DNA of 63,735 nucleotides, filler included, from Phoronis australis (Eukaryota > Animalia > Phoronida), in NCBI GenBank assembly GCA_002633005.1. It is 4 parts of 4 records of this genome, joined end to end, with 100 filler letters (N's around TTAATTAATTAA, not from the genome) between each part and the next. Parts side by side here need not be neighbours in the genome. Positions count along the whole stretch, not along the records: positions 1 to 28,333 come from NMRA01000328.1; positions 28,434 to 55,694 come from NMRA01000509.1; 2 more parts are not named here. One strand, given 5' to 3'. Shown here piece by piece: positions 25,297 through 38,292 of this stretch. A program made the translations under genes and the position numbers. Under the pieces are notes generated by a model. That model was not told the DNA's origin, did not search any database, and saw only the letters and a program-made list of their open reading frames with translations. Positions within the stretch are counted from its first letter, which is position 1. Each line of letters starts with the position of its first letter.

Positions 25297-26951
25297 AGGA
25301 GAATGCCACCCGATTTGATTAGTCTTTTTACCGTCTTAATCGGTCTGTATCCATATCACAACTTATGCGGTCGACCTCGTCCCCGAGAGGTGTCGTGTTA
25401 ACCTGTGAGGAAGGTGAGAAACGACGCAGCGACGTCGATGGTTCATCTGCAGAGTGATTGCCACAATATTGCGGTGCATCGTTCCCGCTTATCCGAACTA
25501 TGAAGCTGCGAAGAAAGCGGGTATATCGTTTTTTCGACTTCCTCGAGAGCCCGAAATGCTTAGGAAGTGGCTCGTGGTAGTGAAGAATGAAAAGTACGCT
25601 GTTAATAGCAAGTGAGCCCGTGAAACATCTTCGTGTCTGTGGCCGGCATTTCGTGGACATTGATTTCTCTGACGAATTCCGGATTACCAAAGAACTGTCC
25701 ATACGTTCCGTTGCCTATGCATGTTCACGGCGCCTCTGTAGTATTTCTTGATCAGTGTATTCCGGTTCGAACTGAAAACCTGTGAATCCTAACGATCCGA
25801 TCTGTGAAGTCTTCGTCGGATGAGCTCTCGACTAAGTTGGTATTGGCGCCGGGCTATTGCCTTGTTGACGTTTTATTATTCTGCATTCTGTTTCAAAATG
25901 ACAATTATTCTCACCCAAACCAATACTGAAACAAAGTTTGTCTCGTTAGATACAATTCGTAATGCCTTTGGAGTGAGTGCCAATGTTTTGAGAAGCCAGC
26001 AATGAATAAACCACTGCGTTACCGCTTTAGATGCAGTAAAGGTAATTGACCGGGCACCGAGGCCGTGTGAGCGGTGTTTGCTGACAGAAAGCTGTTGTGA
26101 AACAATAACTCAATTTCATATGCTATGGTCACATGTTAGGGGAATCTTTATTTAGATATACAAATACATTATTCAAATCGTTGTTACTGTACAACCTTTG
26201 CCCTGACGGTTCTGTAGAACTGAAAGAGAACCTGACTTCGCGGCTCCCGACAAGTAAGTAGATTTTTCAGTTTCTTGGCTAATTCACCCAACTAATTTCA
26301 TGCACATTATTTCTTTGGCTTAATATTATAGTCTTTTCGTGACTGGAGGTTCAGTTTCCAAATTAAGCTGATTTATGTTCGTGATGTCCAGTCCCGGCGA
26401 CCGCGACGGGCCTGATCGGGTTCCGAGCGGAGTCACTGGTGGGGAGTAACAGGAGTTTTGTGTGTTTAGAACTGAAAAAATTGCAAGTCTAAAACACAAA
26501 GTACAACACACAGCTATGTTCTCCCGTCTGTATTTCACGGAAGAATTATTCGAATTGATCACCAAACAGACCCAAACTCCCGGGATCGTCCATGGTACTA
26601 AATTGGCCTACCGAATTATGTAGGCTATGGTGCGTTCAAATACCTAGAAATCCATAACAGTGAAATAAAACAACATGTTTGTTCAAGAACTTCATATGTT
26701 TGTAAGGGGTTTACATCGAAGTTTGATGATTTATTGGTGTAAAACGATGAATTCATGCGATAAGTTGACACCAGTAAGCGTGTTGTGAACGGCTGAACAT
26801 ACTGCATTCGAACCGATTACGTCATTGGTTAATTTCAACACCTCCGTCTGCCGTTGAGTGTCAGGTAAAACAACTGAACTTGATGTTATCAAGTGGAACT
26901 ACTCGAACTAAATTTATACAAAATAGATTGTTTTTTTGGTGATATTCTCCT
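25297..26951 (+). mobile_element. Internally deleted Kolobok-like DNA transposon
   Basis: TIRs AGGAGAATGCCACC / GGTGATATTCTCCT, flanked by TGAA and TTAA (TTAA-type TSD). Contains a THAP remnant on + and a convergent gene start on -. Confidence 0.7.
25458..25700 (+). pseudogene. THAP domain remnant (transposase N-terminus)
   Basis: PQYC..., KKAGISFFRLPREPEMLRKWLVVVKNE and, after a frameshift, KHLRVCGRHFVDIDF. Confidence 0.75.
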
Positions 26952-27766
26952 TTAAAGTAAATACAAAGAACACGTGTCAACACTGATTGTGTGTCAGTGC
27001 GTATGCTTAATGACACGAGGACATGCCTTTTCAAAGACTCGTTGTCAACAATTAAATCATCGTAAAGGATAGAGTTAGTTTTTCCAACTTACATTAATTT
27101 AGAGGAGGCCTTATGTATTTTAGTGATTTGGCCCTAATACACTAAGACACGCAACGAAATGCATAAAAACGCGATATTTGGATTCACCAGTCTCTTGGAA
27201 AATCAGGGAAAAGTTACCATGATGGTACCATTTTCTTGCCATAACCATAGCAACTGCAAAATATGCAGAGTCGCAGCCATTTTGATAACTTGATGCAACC
27301 AAATCACACGTAGCCCCATGCACGCTTGTGAATATGTGTCTCGATACGGAATTAGGCGCACTTATACGCACTTAAGTAACGCATTCATTTAATAGTATAG
27401 TGTTGCCAATTAGAAAACTGGCTTTTTCAAAGCACACCAGGATTTCGGCGGCTATGCAGAGTTTAAAATGGGCCTCTAACCGGTCTGCATAGGACATGCA
27501 ATAGTGTGAAATTGGTCGATTTGAACGCGCACTCCCAGGAATGAATGCACGCGTGGTAATTCAAAAAGACCTTTCACTGCCCGGTGATATAACCCAAATT
27601 CTCTTTGAAAAAACGCACTGTTTCGCATATAGGAGCATGGGCCTGAATTCGTGCATATACTATAAAACAGTAAATAAGATTTATTTGCGCCTTTTTCATT
27701 TCGACCAGTCGGTTTTTATACGGCTCTAACACAATCATTGAGACCAGTTTTGCCTTTTGAATTTTG

Positions 27767-27940
27767 ATAAATATAGATTATTACATGGCGAAGTCGTTAT
27801 CCCCGTTATCTAGAGCCCGAGTGGATTTTGGAGAATTATCGCCCGAGGGACGTTAGCCCCGAGGGTGATAATTCTCCAAAATCCACGAGGGCTCTAGATA
27901 AGGGGGATAACGGCTGAGAACATGTAATAATCTATTTATA
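27767..27940. repeat. About 170-bp long imperfect palindrome (hairpin)
   Basis: ATAGATTATTACATG...TCTAGAGCCC..GTGGATTTTGGAGAATTATC pairs with GATAATTCTCCAAAATCCAC..GGGCTCTAGA...CATGTAATAATCTAT. Confidence 0.9.
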
Positions 27941-28333
27941 CCACATACTAAACGAGAAACATTGCAATGAATCGATTTACCTTTTCTGACTCTCCACGGC
28001 TTTGTAACTATTTTCTATGTCAGAGACCCGGGGTCGGAGGTCGTGACCTTTTAAGAAAAGCCGTGCTATTTTTGTCAAATAATGCTTTTACTCAAAACCA
28101 ATTGAAAACTTAAATATAATAGAAATAAACTGAATTAATAAATTAAGGTTTACCAACTATTATAGCTTAAAACACGTTTTTTTCACGCTAAGCTTCGACC
28201 GGGAAATTATCGTCTGCTAAAGTAGGTTACCACTGGTAACTGAATATAATTCTCAAGTCAAAGATCCTGACGACACGATACCCGCATTCAAACTGGAGAT
28301 CGGTGATTTACAAGTAAGAGGACATGAGAGAAA

Positions 28334-28433
28334 NNNNNNNNNNNNNNNNNNNNNNNNNNNNNNNNNNNNNNNNNNNNTTAATTAATTAANNNNNNNNNNN
28401 NNNNNNNNNNNNNNNNNNNNNNNNNNNNNNNNN
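28334..28433. other. Artificial scaffold-join linker
   Basis: N44-TTAATTAATTAA-N44; the 12-mer places stop codons in all six frames. Confidence 0.95.
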
Positions 28434-30370
28434 ATTTGCTGTGTTTCTTGGTTCCCTTTCGATATTTTGTTCTCTGGCTCGTATTTATTTTCGAGTACGA
28501 TTTCAAGCACACTGCCATACCAAACTTGAAATTTAGAGCATATACTCGGAATTTTTACTCAAAATCGTACTCGAAATATGGATGAAATACACTTCGCTTC
28601 GAGTATACTCGAAAATTGAGTACGTGCTCGAAATTTCGAGTACAGATTTTTCGAGTATGACATTGAATACACCAAAGCTGAGTCTGTACTCGAGTTGAGT
28701 ATGAAGTGTGAGTTTGAGCATGATTCGAGTCTGAGTACGGAGATTGGAGACCGGGCCCAGGTTTAAGTCTTAAACCTGGTTTTGTTAAACCACCTTTATG
28801 AAATCGGCTGCAAGTGTTTTCATCCCGCGGAATGCTCAACAAGAAGCACGCATTATTGCGCTCATCCGTTATTGCTCTTGATCATCACTCTGACTTCATC
28901 ACGCTGTATATTGCGCTTTACCACAGATAATTATTGTTCATTTCTGTATAATTTGTTAATATGTTGGTATAGCAATAGAACCCAAGTTTATTTCAGGAAC
29001 AGCACAAATGGTTTGAACATAGCGCCGATATTAAATCATGGGCGTATGAAAACGGAACACTGTGATCGGTTTATAGTGTCATCCATCGTCCATCATCATT
29101 CTGAAATTGTCACTTTCGCAGTAAAAAATCTTTTCGAAGCTAGAACCTTCCTATCTAGCCAACTAGCTGTATGAAGACTATTTTCAAAATACAGCAAGGT
29201 GCCACTGCGTATTGAGCTCAAACAGACCTCGAAACTTCACACAGCCCGGATAGCTACGCTTGCCTCCTCGTCGAAAAGCTTTTATCAACATGAGCTCAAA
29301 ACCGGCGGGTGTGCATGCAAACTCTGGAAGTCAATTGACATTCAAGTTGCCCGTTACGTATATGTCAATCTAATAAGCAGCGAAATATCGCGGTGGCCTA
29401 TGAACTTTTCTCAAAGTGATGTTAGGCTATCTGGATCAAGGGTGAGCAGTTTTGTCCGAGACCAACGACCTAGGGCAATATTGCTCGCCCGCCGTTCCAT
29501 ATGCCCTGGTCTGATACGTCCGAGCTATCGGTCTGTATCTGAATGCTGAAGTTCCATTCCTCTGATATTTTCGTTTCCTCAGATTAGCTTGTTCTTACCT
29601 GCTTTGGTGTACTGACATCGTTTACTCGCTTTGAGGTGAGGGTTCATGGTTTCTACAGCGTCTAATTGAACAGATTGTGTTGAAGGGCGACATCTCAAGT
29701 CCGGGCGGCATGAATGAAAAGTGATTATCCACTCTAAATCGGTCAACTCAGATGTTACCGTGGAGCGTTTCTGTCAAGGACAGATCAATCAGTGGTCGCA
29801 GGTTATAAAAACAACTACAGACCTATCACTCGCGCACCAGTCATATTTACCTCAGGGAAGTAATGCTCTCCCTTGTTCTGTATGACCTGATATCACCCTC
29901 GGGGCCTGTCTGTATTTGTATATCATTCTACAGGTTATGCAAAACAAGCCTGACCATTTTGACGGCATTTTAAGCTCAGGATGTTGCAAGTTAGTTTAAG
30001 AATGCCTGCACGGAAGAATCAGGCAAATTGCAATAATCTGGGAATATGACTCGTCACGAATTTTGAAATTGGTGTCGTACTATCATCTCCAGGGTTGACA
30101 TAAATTCCCAAAAATGAAAATTTGTTGCGCCAAGACTCTCTTTATCAGACAAAAAACAAGCAATTCGTCTCAACTTTGTCTCCACTCTTGCTCAGCCATT
30201 TTTCTGATTTAATAAAAGTCTTAAAAATATGTGAACAAAACCAACAGTCTTTAAACTGACACATCTCAATTCATCACAGGCCAAAGTTAACCTAAATCAC
30301 TAAGCATTAGCATTATTTATGTTTTATTTTCGTTTTCTACTTCCACTGATAGAGAGCACAAGCTTATGTA

Positions 30371-30736
30371 CCCAGTAAACATGCAGGTATTGGGCCAATA
30401 CTGGCCCTGAACTGTTTTCTGTATTGGCCCAATGATGTAGGCCAGTACTGGCCCAAAAACATTCTGCACACCTTCTCTGCATAAGATTGCGATATTGAGC
30501 CAGTAAAGGGCCAGTGTCGGTCATAACTGGGCCAATACACCAAAAACCAGTTTCGGCCCTATAAAGGGCCAGTATTGACAGACTGTGTTGGCACTGTACA
30601 GGACCATTGATGGTTCATATTAAGCCTGTTTACTAATTACATAGGCGAAAGTGCACTGGTCGGCCAGTACAGTGCCAATACTGAACCACTAATGTTGCCT
30701 TTACAGGCCCAATGCAGGAATATTAATGTTTGTGGG
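30371..30736. mobile_element. MITE with CCCA-type TIRs (EnSpm/CACTA-like non-autonomous)
   Basis: CCCAGTAAACA...TGTTTGTGGG ends with TA on both sides; many internal (TACT)GGCCCA/GGCCAGTA repeats. Confidence 0.65.
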
Positions 30737-30948
30737 TATAACGAAACATCAGGTTTGTTTTTCTCAATGCTTCAGGTTTTTAACTCCTACAACGTTCGTT
30801 TTGTTGTCATTTCAATCCTACTCCAATTGTAGCTGTGACTTACAAGAAGAAGAGTCCCTTGTTGTTTAATACTTTTATTACTATGAAACTGCTAAGGTAA
30901 AATACTTACAAAAATGATGAATTGTATAGAGAAAACCTAAGCAACTAA

Positions 30949-31103
30949 TTATTCTTTACAAAACTGTCTCTGGCTTGTTAGTGGACTGGCAGCTTCACAC
31001 AGTCTTCGCCCTCCCTCCCTGTCTCCTGCGTTTCGGAACCTGGTGTCTGTCTCTTTAACTATAAGACTTGCATCAGCATTACTGTGCTCCTTGACCACAA
31101 TCC
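30949..31103 (-). pseudogene. Orphan terminal exon resembling the DUF4806 C-terminus
   Basis: Acceptor TTTTATTTCAG, then IVVKEHSNADASLIVKETDTRFRNAGDREGGRR; downstream AATAAA on - near 30875. Confidence 0.45.
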
Positions 31104-31654
31104 CTGAAATAAAACAAACCCTGCTTAGTATCTTAGAGTACAAACTAAAAGACTCAACTCTACATTTTCCAGATAAGTTATACATAATAAGAATTACCTA
31201 AAGACACTGTATACCATTCCAACACGAAACTTATTTGAAATGTATAATCTGCAAGATATATAAATGTTTCATCCTTTGTTAACACAAGAATTATAGATGG
31301 TTGTAGGACTTCAGTTTCTTGTAATAAATATTTTCAGAAGCGACTTTTTATTCATTCCATTTCTTCCCAAAATGTCCATTTCAGTACCATTTTAAGATTC
31401 CTAAAATTATTTCACAATCTGCTACAAACAATTCTTGTGATAATCAATTGATGGTTTTGCTTTGTGTTTACACACAATTGCTCAACTCGGAGGTCTTGTC
31501 AAAATACAACATTAAATAAACTAAATCATGGACTGTGCACTGAAATGAACAAGACATGCTGAAAGGATGAATGACAATGCCAGGCAATCTTTAAGGAGGG
31601 AAGTGCCACTGTGGCGAACCTCTAAACAAGGCTAGCAGACTGTCGGAAGTAAAT

Positions 31655-33725
31655 TTTTAAAACTAATAATTTTGGTAAAAAGTTAATTGATTTGTGTATG
31701 GGTCATGGTATCCACATTGTTAATGGTAGATAGAAGTCTGATCCTGATGGCAATTTTACTTTTGTTTCGACGAGAGGTTGTAGCACCATTGATTATGTTC
31801 TTTTCTGAGTACATTCAAGTATTGCAATGTGATTTATCGTTGCATTTTCCTTTAATTTGTGCCCTCATTACCCCTGCAAAATTATGTCAGAAACTTACTG
31901 GTGAACCTTATATAGCATTGCAAAAACGAGTAAGATATAGATGGCACAACGAGAAAGCAGGTGTATTTTTAGAAAAAATACGAAGTCATGAAGTAAACGA
32001 TAAGTGTCGAGAAATTATGAGATGTGTTGATATTGACATAAATGAGAGTGTTAAAGGCTTAGTAGACTTGGTCCAGTCATGTGGAGCGGGCATACTCGTT
32101 TGGCAAGACAGGTGCGTAAGTGAACCACGTAGACGTGCATGGTTTGAAAGTGAATGTAAAGAGATGAAACTACAAAAGAAGCGTCTACTGCGAAAATTTA
32201 GGGTGTCTCGGAGTGACTTAGACCTGAAAAATTATCTTGTTAGTAGGAATGAATACAAAAAGTTATGTAAGAAGACAAAAAAGCGATACTATGGCAATAA
32301 ACAAAGTGAGTTATGTGAGTCAGTGGGGAATCCTAATAGATTTTGGAATATTATAAAACAAAGTTTGTCAGAGCCAGTATACACTACAAAGCCTGATAAT
32401 AATAATATTACTGAATTGGAGAGGTTTAGATATTTCAGTAACCTGTTTGATATTAACAGAACAGAAGGTCGCAGTGAAACTTTTGATGACCTAGTTAGAC
32501 ATACTGTTGATGAGCAATATTGTGCCGTGTTACAAAAAAGGAGACAAATTCAATCCTAGTAATTACAGAGGGATCTCCGTTATAGATAGTATCAATAAAA
32601 TTTTTACGACTATTTTTTATTCTCGTATAGTTGAATGGTCGAATAACATGAAATGTATCCCGGAAGAACAGGCACGCTTTAGGACTGGGTATTCTACAAT
32701 CGATAACATTTTTAACCTACATTGTATCATCCAGAAACATGTCATTAAACGGAAGGGGAAAGTATATTGTGCATTCGTTGATTTTAGTAAGGCATTTGAT
32801 AGTATAGATATTTCCCGTTTATTTTATGCCCTTTTAACCAAAGGTTTGCGTGGAAAAATACTTAACATTTTGCGCAGTATGTACGATGTACAACTCTATA
32901 CAATCGTGTGTTATGGTACAGTCCCCAGACCACGCCCTATTTCAACTGTACAGTTGGTGTCCGGCAAGGACGTGTTTTAAGACCCTGCTGTTCTCGGTGT
33001 TTGTTAACACACTACTGTCTGATATTAGAGAAAATGTAGGCAGAGGTATACGTGTCTCTCCGGGTTGTGATATAGGTTCTCTGTTTTTTGCTGATGATTT
33101 AGTGCTGGTGTCGAATACTGTTGCTGGGCTACTGATGTATCTCAATGTCCTCGAAAAGTTTTGTCGAGATTGGAACTTGCAATTTTTTGGAGAAAACGGA
33201 TGTTGTGGTATTTAAGCGAGGGGGCATACTTTCAAATAATGAAAGGTTTGTTTTTGGCGATAAGAAAGTAGATACCAAATCGTACTAAAAGTACCTAGGA
33301 GTCACATTCTCCTGCAGACTTAAATAGACAGAGTGTTGTAGAGTACTTGCAAGCCAAGCTCGAATAAATGAACGTTATTAAAGCCACTCTGTCAAAACTT
33401 AGCTGTATTTCCCATGGAGTGCATTTTAAACTCTTTGACTCTATGATAATGCCCATATTAACATATGGTGCAGAAATATGGGGAACATCAATGTGTGAAT
33501 CTATTGAAAAAGTTCATATCGATTTCTGTAAATATGTTCTGAGATTGAGTATTAAAACACCAAATGCTATGGCTTGTGGTGAATGTGGGAGACAATTGTT
33601 AATTACAAAATATATGTGTAAACCAATTATCCATTGGACAAAATTACTCGATATGGAAGAACATAGGTACCCACTGAAGTGTTATAGTATGCTTACGGAA
33701 CAAGGTGAAAATGGTAATTGTGATT
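31655..33725 (+). mobile_element. Decayed RTEX-like non-LTR retrotransposon ORF2 with internal deletions
   Basis: End of APE (IVNGR..D.DGNFTF..TRGCSTIDY), WFESEC, RT motifs YKKGD..NPSNYRGIS, EEQARFR.GYSTIDNIF, AFVDFSKAFDSI, LFFADD, and C-terminal ILTYGAEIWG...GECGR. Confidence 0.8.
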
Positions 33726-35349
33726 TTTGTGATATCTCGGGAAATCCTCTTATAGGAGAAAGTGAATAACTGTGTAGTAGACGTTGCAAGATGGTAAGTT
33801 CGTCAGGAATTGTTAAACAACATTTTGACGAGCTTTCACGGTCCATGCCTCTTGAAAAATGACCAAATTTGGCTTCGGATCATGGTATTTCGGAAACGGC
33901 GGATGAGATTCATTTGAAACTTTCAGATATTATGCTTTGGGCACTGTTCTCCCGAATTATTTTAGAATTGTTTCACTTTTTGTGTTTAAAAAAATCTTCA
34001 CAGTTGGATGAATTAAAGTGTAAAAAACTGCAATAATTTTTGAAATTTGATCTTGAACATTTAAATTAAACATAATTTGGTCACTGTATTTATACTGTTT
34101 TCTAATTTCAGTGTACCTAAATTTTACTCAAGTTCTCGGTATTGCGGGATATAACTTGGTCAGCTAAAAACGCCAGAATTTCGTTTGCAGGATTTGTTTC
34201 ACCGGACGTTTATGATAATAGTTCCGAGCATGTCTATGCGATCGGTTTGGATTCTCAATTAAATACAAGTTGTGTTTTTTAATTCTCGGGTATCCAGACA
34301 GCTATGGTATGGTAGGCAATTTGAGAAGCAGTTTGATGCCCGTTACTCAGTAAAGAAAACTTCTTCTCAAGGTCCGGGTACGTTTTACCAGGCTCTTACC
34401 GTTAAACAACACTGTCAATGAATGAAAATGGTATCAATGAATGAAAATGGTATCTTTCTGTTCTTTTCAAAGTTTGTTTGCAGGGAAACTAACGCGAAAT
34501 TCCAACCCACGTTCCGGATTTTCCAACTTTTGGAGGAAGAGTTCCCCGTCACATACTTTCGTTTTATAATACCCAGACGCAGCACGCTCGGAACACACTT
34601 GGTCAAATGTATACCGTTTTATAAATGGTCCGTTGACAAGTCGACCGAACCTTCTGCGTTTTTTTATGAAAAACGAAACGCACTAACAGCAAAATATAGC
34701 ATCTCACCACGGACTATTCGCCACCGCTACGAAAATTACGAAAGCCACATTCGCTGAAAAGCTCGGTTACATACACCACTAAAGCTAGTGTCAAACACAA
34801 AGTTGTCATCAGGCTGAAAGTGGGAGCTGTCTTCATCACTTAGCGAAATTTGTTATAACCCTCGTCAATTTTGTCGTCCGCTTAATCATGACACCCAATG
34901 TTCGGAGAACTGCTGGTTTTAACTGTTTCAGACAAGTCAGAATTAGTTTGTTTAGCGGATGAATTCGCTTCCAGTTCTGTATCGTCCATATCATTCTTGA
35001 CGTTGACGACAACGGCACTAGAAGTGATACGCTCAGACCTGCTTGCCTTTTTAAAAACAAATGTATATGTTTACATGTTTTTGGTGCGTTTTTGCGTTCA
35101 CGTTCTCGACTGCTGTGCATCTACTGGGTTCTTATAATGCATGAGCCCAGAGTTTGTATAACACGCCGCACCTCCCATCGCACGCGTTGTCTTTACTAAT
35201 TTGAGTTGACCACGCACCCGTTGCAACCCCCTTGGGTACGGGCATCATTCACTGATTATTAGTAGTTGGTTTCAGGCCATTATCGAACCAATTCCAGTGC
35301 TGATAAATATCCTTATACTCCTATTCGCTAAAGAGGGATAAATTTGTTA

Positions 35350-36512
35350 TCATGTGTACCTAAGTTAAACTCTAGTTTAATTAATAATAGACTTCATAAA
35401 TATGCCGAATAAAAGGAATTGTTTGGAGACGAACAAAACAAATTTGGCAAAAAGATCCTGCATTGACCGTGTATTCATTTTATCCTGTCATTAAAAACAG
35501 ATCACGTGATAAGAAAATTACATTTCAGTGTTTTGTAGACTTTCAAAACGCATTCGATTGGATTGACAGGGCTATTCTTTTCTTAAAATTGTTACAGAAA
35601 AATGTTAGGGTAAAAATATAAAATGCCATTAAGCCATTATTTCTTAACAATACAGCTTGAAAAAAGCTTAACACAGACTCTTTCAATAATTGGTTCCCAA
35701 CAACAAGCGGAGTTAGACAGAGTAATGTGGTATCATCCATACTCTTTGATATTCTCCTCAATAGTCATGAATATTGTTCGTCTATGGAATAGAATATTGA
35801 GTTTTAATTGTGAAAGACGCCCCAGATGAACTTTTGAATGAGACTATAACAACTCGAATTGGTCCTCCGAGATAAAAACAAATTTCAACATTGTCAGTTA
35901 AATCATATATTGAATCCAAATTAAATGCGATATAATTTTTTTACAAAAATATGTATTAAGGCTGTGGTTAATGATTGAAAAAATCCATCTCCTAAATTAA
36001 AAAGGTACAGGACTTTTAATTAAAAATACTATGTTTCTTGTTTGACCAGATATTGCAGATCACATTTATTACAAATTTGTTTTTGAACTCTCCCACTTCA
36101 TATTTCAACTGGTAGGTTTTTTTAACACTGTTCTCTGTAACAGATTTTGCATGCTTTGTAATTTGCACGCTGTTGAGGATGAAATTCATTTTCTTTGCCA
36201 TTGTCGCTGATTTAGGAATTTCGTTGTTTGATAAAATCTCATTTATTCTCCTTATTTCGACCTGTTAGGTTCTGAAGACAAAGTTGTTATTTCATGTAAT
36301 ATTTTTAAAATGGTCTGGTTAGCTGTATATAGAAGATGCTTTTAACAGAAGATGAAATTTTCTGTTCACTTAATTTCTTAATTAGTTTTGAGCTTTATAA
36401 CAAATTGTATGCACATTGCTGTTCATTTATTTTGTTTAAAGTGACTTATTAACCCAGTGGGCTGGGTGCTCAAGTAACACTGGTTACTGTAATAAATTTA
36501 TTGTCTTCTTCT
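35350..36512 (+). mobile_element. Second, older RTEX-like LINE relic
   Basis: DEQNKF, RSCIDRVFIL, VFVDFQNAFDWIDR and VEDEIHFLCHC remnants; AATAAA followed by a (TCT)n tail at 36491-36513. Confidence 0.6.
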
Positions 36513-38292
36513 TCTATTTGCTTTTGCTGGCCCAAGAAGAATTGTTGATGAATATTCAACGCCTATTTTTGACACCATGTTCACGTAGAACTATGCAAAC
36601 CTTTGGACTGACAAAATTTTATTTCAGGAAACGATCTCATCATATTACCATCATTAGCTATTATGTTGGAAGAAAAGGAGTTTCACTCTCAGTTGATTCA
36701 GATAAGCGTTGCAACAAATATCACGTGCTACTATCTGCTAGCGACATACAAATCTGTGGGAGGAAAGAAATACTTCAGGTTCGTAGATGTTCATCCCTAT
36801 TTAATGATTATGATGTAGTTAAGCACGCCGACAAAACATTGATGTAAGTACAACTAAGTGTATTATCTTACGAGTTTAGCGAGATGAAATGTGACACATT
36901 TTACTTAGTCTGTAAGGTATTTTATACCTTCGTGGTCGGTTTCTATAAAAAGGAAATGAAAATAACCGGAACTCGTGATTCCGTGATGACAAATACTGTG
37001 TGTCTGATCAACTGAGTCACTGCTGTATAATTTTCATCTTTCCCAATACAAGCCCGAACGGTAAATAACTACCACGCGTGCATTTTGTAGACCTTGTTTC
37101 TTTCGAGAAAACTAAGCAAGAACTTGCGAGACTACGCGAAACGTCACCATGTATTACATACATAACACGTGGTCACCCTCACCTCTTTAGCGGGATGTTG
37201 GGTCGATGAAATTACCCTGGTAATAGTAAACGATTTGGCGGGAAAACCTGATGGCATGCTCTGATAGAAGGCACTCAAGTGTGTGGTTTGACCCACTGGA
37301 CTGCATAAGGATCGACGCTATACACAGCGATAGTAGTTTAGTTTTGTAGAATTATCAAAATGGTGGGTATGTAGTTTTTTATAACACGTTCCCGGAAGTT
37401 ATTAACCGTACATGTATCTGTTCCCTCGTGTGATTTCAAAAAATTATCACGAGATGGAGTTAGGAAAAGCAAAGGAGCATACCCTGACTGGCTCACGTGT
37501 CGGGAACATTACCACTCTGTCACACCTCCGATTTAAAGGTCGTTATTTTTCCATTTTTTTCATTGAGGACGTTCACAAAATTTTAAAAGTGGAATATTCA
37601 GAACGCCCGACAAATGTAACGTTACTCATCTATCTTTTGTCTGATGGTCATGCTACGATGTAGGTAGCAGAATTAAGAAAGAGATGGATGGCCGTAAAAT
37701 GTCCTAAGATATACTAATCTCTTCAAATTATAACTGCGTTGCTTGCTGTCTTAGGGCAGGCTTAAATTCATAAAGAGGTGATCAAAAAGGAATTAAGTCC
37801 TCAGACCAAAATGAATGCGTTGTTTACTATTTTGGAAAGAATATTGGTTTTCTTCGAAGTTTCTTAATTTGCAGTAACATTCGTTATCCAAAACTGAGTC
37901 GTTTTTTCCTCATCCCTGAACATACATATATAGAACACACGATGACTCACTCATCTCCTTCCACAGCAGGGAGTAACAATAGAGTACTTTCTGATCGACG
38001 GGAACCGAATTGATCTCCCGGCGTTGTACTGAATTGTGAATACATTTTGGCAACTCACTGTACATGTGCTATGACCTATACACAAAGAGTGTGCAAGACG
38101 GAAAAGAGGAAAAACGTCACAGCCTGTGAATGTCTCATACAGGTAGAGCAAATGGTACTCACTCTTCATTTTTCCACAAGAGTAATTCTTGCAGCAGGTC
38201 ATTTTAAATCTATCAATTTTGGCTGGCAACTCACCAATACGAACAATAACTGAGAAATCTTATTGATTGATTCCTTCTTTTCGTATGTCTAG

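Noticed and set aside
28378-28389. TTAATTAATTAA as a biological motif (also at 55739 and 61596)
   Set aside because: It is always centred in exactly 88 Ns, so it is a synthetic spacer.
33752-35324. Possible Sola-like element bounded by TAGGAG...CTCCTA
   Set aside because: The inverted match is too short and no transposase motif is recognisable.
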